A stretch of DNA of 64,000 nt, taken from NCBI GenBank assembly GCA_013239625.1, contig MU053934.1:2039031-2103030 (forward strand), written 5' to 3'. The notes beneath the pieces were generated by a model. That model was not told where the DNA came from. It saw only the letters and a program-made list of their open reading frames with translations, and did not search any database. Position 1 is the stretch's first letter; every line of letters begins with the position of its first letter. Source of the stretch: Lama guanicoe. Lineage: Eukaryota. Both the position numbers and the translations under genes were made by a program. Below are positions 1 to 11,899 of this stretch, one piece after another.

Positions 1-211
1 AACTAGGAAGTGGTAGAGGCAGAGGCACAACTATAACTCCATTCTTTCCATTACATGGCACATAGTGACTTAGCCCAGAAAAGCAATAGGGAAGGTATGT
101 GCATGCTCATCTACACAGTGGGTTAGCCTGTTTCTCTTCTACCAAGTGGGAATAACTGAGAGATAATCTTTTAACCTGTAGTTATCACCCAATTACTCTC
201 ACTGGTAGAAA

Positions 212-475
212 AGCAGTGTTTCTTAAGTTTTAACACGCATGCAGGTCACTGCAGGGTATCTTGTTAAAAACGCAGATTCTGATTCAGTGGATTTGGGGTA
301 GCACCCGAGATTCTGCATTTCTAATAAGATCCCAGGAAATGATGATGCTTCCAGTGCTTGGCCCATACTCAAAACAGATTACAGGCAGAGATTCCCAAAC
401 CTGGCTGATCATCAGAATCATCCAGGAATCATTCTAAAATTATAGATTTCTGAGCCCCTCCCTCCTGGACATTCA
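212..475. mobile_element. Two adjacent MER5-type hAT-Charlie fragments
   Basis: cagtgtttcttaag...cttgttaaaaacgcagattctgattcagtgg...attctgcatttctaataagatcccagg, then a second cagagattcccaaacctggctgatcatcagaatca; typical MER5A/B text. Confidence 0.75.
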
Positions 476-534
476 GTGGTATGTGAAATCTTCTACCTCA
501 TAATTCTGTAATTCAAAGAACTGTAGAATCATTA

Positions 535-790
535 ATGACAATAGCCAACGCAAGCACTGATTGAGAACATACCAAATATCTAAGTGCTTTCCATATTGGT
601 TTACTCACCCTCGCCAGCACACTATAATGTTGGTACTTATAGCACCATCATTCCCATTTCAGATGTGAGGAAACCAATGCACCAAGAGACTGCTACCTGT
701 CCAAGGTCAGTCACTGAGTAGCAGAACAGGGGTGGAGACTTGAGCCAGTCTGGTTCCAAAGAGTCTGTGCTCTCAGAAACACATTACCCA
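535..790 (-). mobile_element. MIR SINE
   Basis: Reverse MIR core: cccatttcagatgtgaggaaacc...tgtccaaggtca...gtctggttccaaag. Confidence 0.7.
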
Positions 791-1854
791 ACAGTAATGT
801 CGCTGATTTTTACAGATACACAAATGGGTCACTTCAGAAAATGTTGCCTGGAAAGGCTATACTCTTATTCCTCAGATGCTGCCATCATGCATTTAGCCAG
901 TGCTAAACTAATCTAGGAGCTCCTGCTCTGGAAAAGAAAACGCCTTCAGAACCGAAACCTATGGCTTTAAATATCTTTAACTGTGACAAAAGCTCATTGT
1001 TTGAACACAGATTTGATTTTTTTTTGACAACCCCAAATCAGGAAAAGCCCAGTGTCTGATCAAGCTAGGTATTCTTCATAAATAAAAAAAATGCAGTGTT
1101 AGATATTAAAAAGGTTTTCCTTAACCCTCATCTCTGAAGCTGATTCCAAAGCAGAGTTCTTTATGTTTTGCGCAGTGGTTGTATCATCAGAGTCAAAGTG
1201 ACTATTTTGAAGGGCAATACTCATCTAGATGCACAGACTCTGCTATATTTGTTTAAAAAAAATGAGCCTCTCAGTCATTCCAAAAGAAACACATTTGCCC
1301 TTCAGTAGCGGTACAAACACACACGCGTTATGTTCAGAACGACTGTCCTGAAGCCTGCAGTTCTTTCTGCTGCCAAAGCAATTGCTTTGTCTTTCATATT
1401 TTTTAAAAAATAAAGTGTTTTATTTATACACACCCATCTCTAGAAAAATACAAACATCAGGCATTAATAAAGCATTTAACTGCATGCAGTACCATAAAAG
1501 GCGTCCTACAAAGGCAACTTACATATCCAAAATATGTGCACAAATATCCTCACGTACAAGGGATAAGGGTACACACAAATATGACAGGGAATATAACTAT
1601 TAAAAGATATTATATTTCTACATCTAGATTAGCTCCTTTGTTAAATGAATATGTCATTTTTCAACAAAGAAAATATTCTGCAAATTCAGAATGATTTACA
1701 GATTTTTAAAAAGCAGGCATTAATGCAGACGAGCCCGACTCCACACAACGAACCTCTCTGCTTGCACTGGACTCCCCACATCTTACTGAAGCCACAATTC
1801 CCCTGCACAAACTCCCATCCACCACCCCCCACGCACACCCAACTCCCCACCAAC

Positions 1855-1896
1855 CTCACAGGGGTTCCTGGGCTGGTCCATGGAATCTGATGACAT
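1855..1896 (-). CDS. Candidate alternative first coding exon of RBFOX2 (MSSDSMDQPRNPCE, 42 nt, phase 0)
   Basis: ATG at 1896, in-frame upstream TAG at 1923-1921, donor GAG|GTTGGT at 1854 followed by G-runs. Same phase as exon 1, with a promoter-motif cluster directly upstream. This is an inference and is not confirmed by transcripts. Confidence 0.5.
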
Positions 1897-2093
1897 CACT
1901 CTCTCTTCCTTCCTGGAATTCTAAACCCTGCTGCTCTTCCCTTGCACACAGCTACCATCTCCATGGCAACCTCACCTCCTCCTGCTTCCCTATTGGCTTC
2001 ATGGAGCAGGATACACAAAAAGGTTTTCCGTTCTCCCCTCACCACCCGCCCCCAAAAAATGATGCTTTCAACAGGAACCTGAGCTATATTTAG
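1897..2093 (-). promoter_or_regulatory. Candidate internal promoter: MEF2, GC box, CCAAT, RFX X-box and STAT motifs
   Basis: CTATATTTAG 2084-2093, CCCGCCCC 2045-2052, AGCCAATAG on minus (ATTGG 1992-1996), ATCTCCATGGCAAC 1957-1970, TTCCTGGAA 1910-1918. No repeat recognised here. Confidence 0.55.
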
Positions 2094-3959
2094 CTAGTTG
2101 GGATTCAGAGTCCAATGACTAAGAAAACAGAGAAACGTCCTCCTTCCTACATTCCACCCTCCTCTCAACCCCACCCCAAAGTGGCTGCTTCACCTCCTAC
2201 TCTTTGGCCCCCAACCCAAAGCAAGTGGCAGTAACCGCTGAGCATTAAAAACATCTGGACTGTTCCATATATTAAGGCTGGCACACAGAAAAGTCTCACA
2301 CTCACCATTCCACCCAACAAGAAAAGAAAAATAAAAAGACAAAAATAAAAGTACGCACTGGTCAAAAAACCAGTGAAGACGTGTTGTGAGCTGAGCATCA
2401 GTCTTCTGCTCCTTCCCTCCATCCCAAGCCAGGGACTGGGAATTCCATGCCTAAAGGCAGAGTTCTGAAGAGTCTCCAACCACTTAGAAGACCAAATTCT
2501 TTTGTTATTTGCTTGGTATTATTTCCTCCAGCAGAGAAAGAAAAGTAGAAGGAAAAGGGGTGGGAGGTGAAATAGAAAGACGACACATTTCAGCAAACTT
2601 GCTAAGCTTAGAAGCACAAATCCTGGGTCGAATTTTCCATCCCAGAGACTGACCTGCTATGTAAACTGGAGCACGTTCTGACATCCCTCATCTCAAAAGT
2701 AGCTCCCACACAGGGATGTTATAAGAATTACTGACAAAATTAACGTAAAGTAGTTTAAGTTCCTGGGCCAAAGGAATTGAATAAATAGAGAGTAAGTTGA
2801 CATCATTAGCAGTGAAATTCCTGTGGATACTAACAGAAATCAACAATCCAACAGGGGAACAACATGAACTTCTAGAAAATTATCCTCTCATAACCATAGA
2901 TACAGAACAAGATATGCATAATTTCTTGAACCACAGATAGTTCCCCAAAATATGTCTACTTCTAGTAAAATCCAGCTGATCTTTGACTAGAACTCAATTT
3001 TGGAATTGGCCCTACTTTTTCTTTGCTTAGTCCTAACTCTAATTTTGAAACTGCTACTTACTCTCCCTAAATGATTGAATATGGACCAGGCCTTCATTTT
3101 CCAGCTCAGCTGCCCATTTCCCATTCTAGGGAAATAATTTCTCCTCAGAGCCATACTTGTTAGCTGAACACTGAATCAACCCAGTGGCTAGTCATATATG
3201 ATTCTAAAGGACAAAGCATCAATTGTAACCAAGGAGGAAAGGCTCCAAGCAGGTCAAAGCCTTATAGTATGAAAGGGAGTGGATTAAAATAAGACACACC
3301 CAGGAAAACTGTATTTTCAGTTTGCAAGGCAGAGACGCAGCCCCAGAGCACCAACTCTCCAAAGAAAAAATAGACAAGAAAATAAACTGATTTTGTATAA
3401 TAAGAAATAGTCATTTGTCCCAAATAGAATTTAAACCATTTGGAACATTTAGCAAAGTCAAACTACCCCACTAATTAACACAGGCATCCAGAACAAGCTT
3501 CACAACTGCTACAGAAAACAGCAAAGGATGCAGTAATTGCTAATAAACAAATGAAACTTGCACTGTGGGGTGGGGAGAGGAGGAGAGGGAGAAGGAACAC
3601 AGCATGATTAGCCCATCTCTGAGATTTGTGCTTCCTTATTTCACCCCAAGTGGACTCGTAACAAGCCACTCCTCGTGTGAAACCTCTCCTGTGTACACCA
3701 CTGGTCAGAAGGTTCCACAGGATAAATAAGATGAACACTCTTCTAAAAGTTGTCCTTAATACTCTTAAAAACAAACAGAAGGTCAGTCACCTCATTCCAC
3801 AGTGGGAAGACTAAAGCACAGTTTCCAAGATTGCCTATCCAATCAATTACCGAGCTTGACTTGCATTAGTTACCATTATGAAATCTATCAACAGTGGTCT
3901 GGACTAACTGGACTGTTGCAAATAAAGCTCTATTTATCTGTTCTTTCCATTTAAACATG

Positions 3960-4185
3960 CATTAAGTACACTTATTATGTGCCAGAGGTTTTACATGGTT
4001 TGTCATTAATTCTCAAAAATAAAACCAAAAAACTGCAAGTTGCATGTATTCTTACCTCTCTTTGCAAACAGAAACAACAGTTCTAGAGATGTCAATGTGA
4101 CCAAGATTATATAACTCATTATTTAATTTTTTAGAAAGCCAAAGATCTTAACCCAGATCTGTTTAGACTCCAAAGTCTATTTTTT
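3960..4185 (-). mobile_element. MIR SINE
   Basis: attaagtacacttattatgtgccagagg...gtgaccaagattatataact...acccagatctgtttagactccaaag. Confidence 0.6.
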
Positions 4186-5459
4186 TCTGCCTGGTCTCCC
4201 ATTTACAGACAGTTGGGGTTGGAAAAAACAGAAATCACTTTGTATCTGTGTTTTCTTACATTATCAATAAAATACAGGTTGCTTGACATCAAGGTCAATG
4301 TTATACTTTTTACGTATTACTAATAGTATTAAACCTTACGCAGGCACTCAATACTTACTAATTTATTATTCTAATCCTATTAGTCTAAACTGGACAAATG
4401 CCAATGATTCTACTCAGATATTTTTTAAATTAAAATTGGCTGGAGAAATTATATGCTGAAGTGAAATGACAAAATTTCAGATAACATATTCCGGAATTTA
4501 ATTTTATAACATTTGAGATGAACAAAATTATCCTCTCATAATGCCTACACTGGCCCAGTCATAATGTCCTAATGCCAACACAGTCTAATCTGCTGAATTT
4601 AATCCATAAACCTCAATGCAATCAGGACTATACATTAGATTTATGGTTTCTAAATTCTGCATATAGAACCAGAGCATTTCAAAGTATTTCTCTAGGGGTT
4701 CACTAAAATTAAATCAGCTGTCAGGAGGACTATGTTAAAAGAGGCCAAGGTCACATGTCTGATACCCATGTAAACCTGTCAGCATCACTCTCTCCTACTA
4801 CCACAAAATGCACCCTGTTGTACATACACACCCTGGTTTAACTGAGAAATTAATGCAAAGTATCATTTCTTCCAAAAGAAAATTAAAACCTGTCTAGTAA
4901 TGTCAAACATTGTAAATGGCTTTTATTCTTTAGAAAATAGCTATTGTCTTTCAGAAAATATGCCCGATCATTCATCCCTCCTTTCAATACCTATTGAAAA
5001 CCTGCCACCTCCCAGTTGATAAGTCTCAAAAGGATAGCACTGAAGGACAAATAAACACAGATATGTGTGATATGTTACACAGCAGAGATGTATATAGGCA
5101 CAGTGAGAGGTTAACTCTAGAAGGTGTTGTGGAGAATGAGCTCCAGGAGATTACTTAGGTAAATGAGGCAGGTAAGGGCCTTCCAGGGAGAGAGAACAAA
5201 GATTTACGAAGGTATGGTCAGAAGACAACGTTGGTGAACTTAAGAGGACTTTCAAGTACCTTACTGAGGCCAGACTGAGAATTGAGAGATATGACCAGAT
5301 GAGAGAAGGCAATGAAACATCTTTTAGATTCTCTACCTCATCCAGGCTAGGTTTTCCTAAAATGCTTTACTTTGAGTTAGATTACCATAGAGCAAAAGGG
5401 GAAAAAATTTTAATACCACGTAAAGAGTTCCTCTCTTCATAGTTTCCATAAGAATAAAG

Positions 5460-6691
5460 CTCAATAAAAAGCCACTGCATAGCAAAAAAACAAAATGAAA
5501 CAAAACACACACACACACACACACACACAAACCACCAAAAAAATGGAAAGGCAACCTATCAAATGGGAGAAAATGTTTGCAAATCATATACCTGATAAGA
5601 GGTTAATATCCAAAATACATAAAGAACTCATACAACTCAAGAGCAAACAACAAACAATCTGATTATAAAATGAGCAGAGGATCTGAATAGACATTTTTCC
5701 AAAGAAGACATGCAGATGGCCAACAGGTACTTGAAAAGCTTCTCAACATCACTAATCATCAGGGAAATGCAAATCAAAAACACAATAAGACATCACCTCA
5801 CACCTGCTAGAATGGCTATTATCAAAAAGACAAGAAATAACGAGTGCTGGTGAGGATATGGAGAAAGGGGAACCTTGTACACTGTTGGCAGGAATGTAAA
5901 TTGGTACAGCCACTATGGAAAACAGAATGGAGGTTCCTTTAAAAATTTAAAATAGAACTACAGTATCATCCAGCAATTCCACTTCTGGGTACTTACCTGA
6001 CAGAAACAAAAGCACTAATTCAAAAAGATATCTGTACCCCATGTTCACTGCAGCATTATTTACAATAGCCAAGACATGGAAACAACCTAAGTATCCACCG
6101 ATGGATGAATGAATAAAGAAAATGTGGTTTATATATATACAGTGGAATATTTTTCAGCCATTAAAAGAAGGAAATCCTGCCAACAACACAGATGGACCTT
6201 AAGGTTGTTAGGCTAAGTGAAATAAGTCAGAGAAAGACAAATATAAGGTCTCACTTATATGAGGAATCCAAAACCAAAACCAAAAAAAAACCCCCCAAAA
6301 CCCAAAAAAAACCCAGAGAACAAAAAACTCTCATAGGTACAGAGAACAGACTGGTAGTTGCCAGAGGTAAGGGGTGGAGTTGGGGGTAGATGAAATGAGT
6401 GAAGGGGGTCAAAAGGTACAAACTTCCACTTATAAAATAAATAAGACATGGGGATGCAATGGACAGCATGGTGACTACAGTTAATAATACTGTAGTGTAT
6501 ATTCGAAAGTTGCTAAGAGAGTAGATCTTAAAAGTTCTTATCACAAGAAATAAAAATTTATAACTATGTGATAATGGATGTTAACTAGACATATGATGAT
6601 GATCATTTTACAATATATATGTACACTAAATCATGTTGCATATAACACTAATACAAGGTTATATTTCAATTACATTTCAATTTAAAAAAAA
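5460..6691 (+). mobile_element. 5'-truncated LINE-1 (ORF2 C-terminus, 3' UTR, A-tail; L1MA-like)
   Basis: Degenerate ORF2 remnants MERQPIKWEKMFANHIPDKRLISKIHKELIQL and [17 protein letters not shown]. Ends ...catttcaatttaaaaaaaa. Contains a (CA)n at ~5504-5529. Confidence 0.92.
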
Positions 6692-7119
6692 GAATGGTCA
6701 AAATGAAGTGTACTCTTCTGAAAATGAAGACTTTAGGGGCTGAAGACCCTTAATAAAAAGGTTCTTCTGTCTGTAGAACAAAACCCAAATTTGCTGCCCT
6801 GTGAAAGTTTCCTTATTCTCAGAAAACTGGTTTAAAAAGTGATCAGTGGAGTTTACTCACCAATTTTCTTCTCCTATGGCTGTTTGAAACTCTTTGTGTG
6901 TTGAATATTTGACAAGCAAATTAAGGTTAATAAAAGACGCATCTTCATGCCCATACAGCGACCCTAATACAACCATCCCTAATACATAAACACATATATG
7001 TATGTGCACACACACATCCTACCAGCTTTGACAGGCAAAGGATTTGTACATTTACAAGAGGAAAAGGCTACCAATAAGCACAGCAATCACAGGACAAAAG
7101 TAGAATCTAATTTTTAAGA

Positions 7120-8214
7120 AAAATGTTTTATTTAAGTGACTATATATATATAGAAATGGGTAAAAATCTTAAGTATACAACTCAACGAATTTCCACAAAG
7201 TGAACCCACCCATGTAACCAGCATCTAGGTTTAAAAACAAACAAACAAACAAAAAACAAGGAACACTATCAGCACTCTGGAAGCCCATCTCATGTATTTG
7301 CAAAGTTACTCCTCCCAGCTCACAATGACTTTAACACCAGAGACTCATTCTGCCTGTTTTTTAACTTCATATAAATGGAATCACACACCGTATACTTTTG
7401 TGCTGGCTTCCTTCACTCCACATTATATTTGTAAAACTGATTCATCTGTTGAATATAGCAGTAGGTCATTCATTGTCATCACTGTAAAGTATTCCATTTT
7501 ATAAATATAGTATGACTTAATGAAAAACATTTTGGTACCATTGAAAGGCATTTGTGTTATTTCCAGCTTAGGGTTATTACTTAAAATGCTGCTACGTACA
7601 TTCCTGTACAAGTCTTTTGGTGCAAATACGTACATATTTCTGTTAGGTATAACCAGGAGTGAACTGCTCGTTACAGGGTACACTTAGGTTCAGCTTTGAT
7701 AAATACTGCCAACTGCCAATTTTCTAAAGTTGTACCAATTTACATTCCCACTAGCAGTGCATGAGGGCTCCCGATGCTGAACAAACTCCCTAGCACTTGG
7801 TAATGTCTGCTTTTTTCATTTCAGCCATTCTGGAGTTAGTGTAGTAGTATCTCACTGTGACTGTTTGCTTTATCCTGATGATAAATGATGCTGACCACTC
7901 TGGGGGCATTTGAATATCATCTTTTGTGAATCACCTATTTAAATCATTTGCCAATTTTTTAACTGGGTTGTTCAAAGATTGATTTATAGGACTTCTTTTA
8001 CATATTGATTTGTCAGAGTTATTTACATATATTGGATACCAGCCAGATACTATTGGATACTATATTGCAAATATCTTCTCCTACTCTGTGGTTTTCCTTT
8101 TTACTTTCTTAATATTGTCTTTTAATGAAAAGATAGTCCTAATTTTAATGTAATCAATCTATCAGGGTTTTTTCTTTTATTATAGTTATTATTCTGGGGG
8201 GTCATTAGGTCTAT

Positions 8215-8245
<31 letters not shown>

Positions 8246-8400
8246 TGTTAATGGAGGTACTGTCGACTAAACCCAGGATCTCATGCATGCTAGGCATGTG
8301 CTCCACCATTTGAGCTACACCCTCCCTGCTATTATAGTTATTATTTATGTCCTGGTTCAAATAGAGAATATCATAAGATATTCTCAAGTGTTTTTTTCTA
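7120..8400 (-). mobile_element. Old LINE-1 3' region (L1MB/ME-like), interrupted by a SINE
   Basis: Reverse L1 text: cttaagtatacaactcaacgaatttccacaaagtgaacccaccatgtaacc, catataaatggaatcaca, gtaccaatttacattcccactagcagtgcatgagg. Confidence 0.85.
8194..8329 (-). mobile_element. Vic-1-type tRNA-Ala-derived SINE with a perfect 16-bp TSD
   Basis: Minus strand GGGAGGGTGTAGCTCAAATGGTGGAGCACATGCCTAGCATGCATGAGATCCTGGGTTT... TSD TATTATAGTTATTATT at 8178-8193 and 8330-8345. Confidence 0.9.
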
Positions 8401-9604
8401 GAAACTTTAATAAAGTAGCATTTAAAATGTGTATTTAAAAAACTCCCAGGCACATCATGTATATAAAATGCACAAGCGAAGTTTTCTTCAAGAAAACAGA
8501 TCAACCAACTCAAACAATCTGTAAATTAAGCAAGATCACATTAAATTAACTTCATTAAGTACCTTTTAGGATCCTAGGACTGCGTTGGGTGCTGTAAGAG
8601 GTAATAGCTATATATGAGGTAACCCCTGACCTAAGTGAATATTGACTTTAGCTGACAGCATACACTTAAAATATTAGCTGTGAAGATTTGGACATCAGAG
8701 CTTAGAAATAATAATCCTCTACCATCATCAGCTCTCCAAGCAAACTTCTACTTCAGTAAAAGGAAGCAGGACAAAGGCATTACATCATTACTGCTACTGC
8801 CTTAATACACACATCTAAAAACCACATCATTTATGAATTTGCAAGAGTCAATTAAAGATCTTAATATGGTAACAGCTACAAATTCAGTATTTTATAGTTA
8901 CTACCTAAAAGAAATAGCTGAACCCGAAAGTTATGCAACTTTCCCAGAATAAAACAAATCTCATTCTAGCTAGAGAAGAATGTGACAGAGAGGGGAAAAA
9001 TATATATGTATACACAATTACTTACCTTTTTTCCCTGGTCTTGGGAAGAAAGGTTATTTAAAAAAAAAAAAAGCATGGTAAGAAAGGGTCCCAGTGAGTT
9101 AGGAATCTAATGTATAGATGACCCCCCTTATAAAAGATAAATTTAGGGAAGGTCAATTCCAGGATGAGGAGTTAAAGGGGTAAAACGAAAGAATAGCTAT
9201 TAAACTGATTTAGATGAGAAGAGAGTTTTTAAAACAGAGTTGCTGAGTCTTCTTTATTCTGTTTTGTAACAAGCATTAAAATGGAATTGTGCTACTCTTC
9301 CGAACATGTAGAGCAGTAGGGAAAAGAGAAGTCTGTTCATTTTAGAGGTCAAGGTGGACCATTGCTTCATTGCCTGGGATTCTAGGCCTTAAACATAATT
9401 TTGGAAATAATGCAAGACCCCATTAGCAGAGCTTAAGAGATGACCTCAAACTAAGGTAGTTTACTAATTTGTTACAAGAAAAAAAGCATAAGGGCTTAAA
9501 ATTCTTTTATCCAGAAAAATTTCAAAGTCACTATTCTGACCCAAAATAATAAGCAAAGGGTTCGCCAGCTAAGAATTAAGCATGGTTCAACCATTTCCCA
9601 CGAT

Positions 9605-9860
9605 GTTTATTTATTCAACACACTTTCATGATATGCAACCTACCAGTCTAGGCACCACGTATACAGTGTGAAAAAAAGAGAGTCCCTGCCCTCATGAAGT
9701 TTAGTTAAATTGGGGAAAATATTTAAATAAGTAAATAAGCAAATATTTAGCTATAAATCACAATAAATTAAAAAAAAACTGGGGTAAGTATACTTCAACG
9801 GTTAGAGAAGGCCTCCTTAGGAAGATGACATAAGCTAACAGGAAAATAATGAAAGGAGTC
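9605..9860 (-). mobile_element. L2 3' fragment
   Basis: tttatttattcaaca...ctaggcac...gtccctgccctcatgaagttta...agagaaggcctccttaggaagatgaca. Confidence 0.6.
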
Positions 9861-10237
9861 ATCCTAGTGATCCCAACTAAAAACGTCTGGTTGATTCACC
9901 CCTATCAATTCCAATTCATTTCTTCCAAGGTTGAAGACTGTCTCTAATCCCAATCTGTCCCTCCATTCTGAGCATTGTCTCTGTTCAAGCAAATCAGCAA
10001 GATTTCGTGGTACAGCTGCTTGAACCAGGAACTGCAACTGGCTGCTTCTCCTGCGAGAACGCTTCTCACATTTGACAAGTGCACACACCAAAGACAGCAG
10101 AGAGCCGCCAAGGTGATCGCAGGACTCAAAAGCCCCTCATCCAATCTCCTTCCACTTTGCCTTTGAAGATGAGGAAAGGTGTCTATTTGCCTCTAAATCA
10201 GAACCTCTGTCTTCCTGCCATTTCAAAAGCAGCTTTT

Positions 10238-10288
10238 GTACAACTGCATGTGAATCTACAATTACCTCAATAAAATTTTCAACTAAAA
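10238..10288 (+). mobile_element. 51-bp L1 3'-terminal fragment with 13-bp TSD
   Basis: acaactgcatgtgaatctacaattacctcaataaaa is an L1M 3' end. Flanked by AAAAGCAGCTTTT (10225-10237) and AAAAGCAACTTTT (10289-10301). Confidence 0.75.
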
Positions 10289-11899
10289 AAAAGCAACTTT
10301 TTAAGCTGCAAAGCCTCTCTATAAACAGTAAATTGGTTCACCTCCTTCCTCTCTCCAGTGTCATCTTTTCATATATCACAAGGCATGAAGTTAGCATGCC
10401 TAAAAAGGGAAGAGGATGATAATAAAATTAAGTTTAAAATGATCTTTAAAAAATGTTAATCACTACATTTCCCTTAGAAGAGAATTTCTTTCTGAGAAGA
10501 GTTCAGGCCTTATATGTAACTCAGAGTGTGGAAGAACATGCATCACCTTTGGACCTAGAACACAACGGGTTGGCTGTGTGACATGGGCAAGTGTGGCTTC
10601 CTCATCTACAAGGGGAATTAAGGCCACTTCATATTAAATGAGATAATATGAGTCTGACACTTGGCAAACAATAGCCATCCAAAAAACAAGCAAGCAAACA
10701 AACACACCTTAGCTGCCTCCTTTTCTTCACAGCTAAAGGGGAATTTTAATAAAGGCAAGAAAGAAGATCCCACTGGTAAACTGAGAACATTAATACAAGC
10801 AGCTGACGGTTGAAAATTATCAGGTAATCCTCCATTAGCTTCAATGCTATATTGCTAAGATTTACTCACAAGAAAGGGGACCATGTGACCTATCTTAAGA
10901 AATCCCAGTTTCAAACATTCTGACCCATTATTCCCACTAACATCGAAATATCCCAGAAATGCAAATATTTCCATTTCCAAACTGTATCTCTTCGACAACC
11001 TTGCTACCTAGAAAGAGCACAAATTTTTTTCATCAGACAATATAGTCCCCATTTAGCACAAGAAAAATGTGATCATCAAAAAAAGAAAAAGAATAATGTG
11101 ATCACCACATTTACAAGAGGATAAAAGGGACACTAAAAGTATGAACAGGTCAGGAAGACAAATCAATATTGCTGAGAACTTTATTCCTACATAGTATTTT
11201 TACATATTCTATCCTAACAAATTCACATTTATGCAACAACATGACTACAGCAGCCAGAGGGTCAGGATGAAACTGTAAAGACCCAAATGACCCCTTAGGC
11301 CCAGAGTTTCTGCAATCTATCAGCTAGATGCAGAAAACTGATTCAAACATCAAACATATATCTGAACCAGTCAAACAGGCATCTGAGACAAAAGAGAAAA
11401 TCAAGTTTATACATAAAATATATCCCTGGTGGAGTCTGGAAGACCCATAAAAATGACCCATAGTCCCTGCAGCTGAGCATGACCACAAAATCCTCTTTGA
11501 ACCTGTGCAGAGTGCCTGAGATATCCTGCAGTGGTTGAGAAGCTGGCGAAACTCAAGCCTACATCAGAGCACAGACGGTATGCTCCCCTGGCAACAATGC
11601 TACGTGGGACATGAGCACAAAACACCTTTCTATCTCTACTGGGCTTAAAGTCACTGTTAAACTCGCCCAGTGGCGCACAGCCAGAAAGGGCCAGCGATAC
11701 TCAGTTTACAATGTAAACAAACCATGCAATATTCTGAACACTTTGGAAAGGATGCCAGGGTTGAAAAAATTACAAAACAGAGTGGCTTGGTTTTCCTTGT
11801 CTGCTTCACATTCTCATGTTCCCACTACCCACTTCCAGCAAATATCTCCCAGGTCCAGGAAAAAAGCCTTCAGCATCTGTCTTTAATTTGGCTATTCCA

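Noticed and set aside
2359..2398. ATG 2398 (MLSSQHVFTGFLT) with donor-like CCA|GTGCGT as another first exon
   Set aside because: The 40-nt length gives phase 1, out of frame with a phase-0 intron, and the donor is weak. A non-coding exon cannot be excluded.
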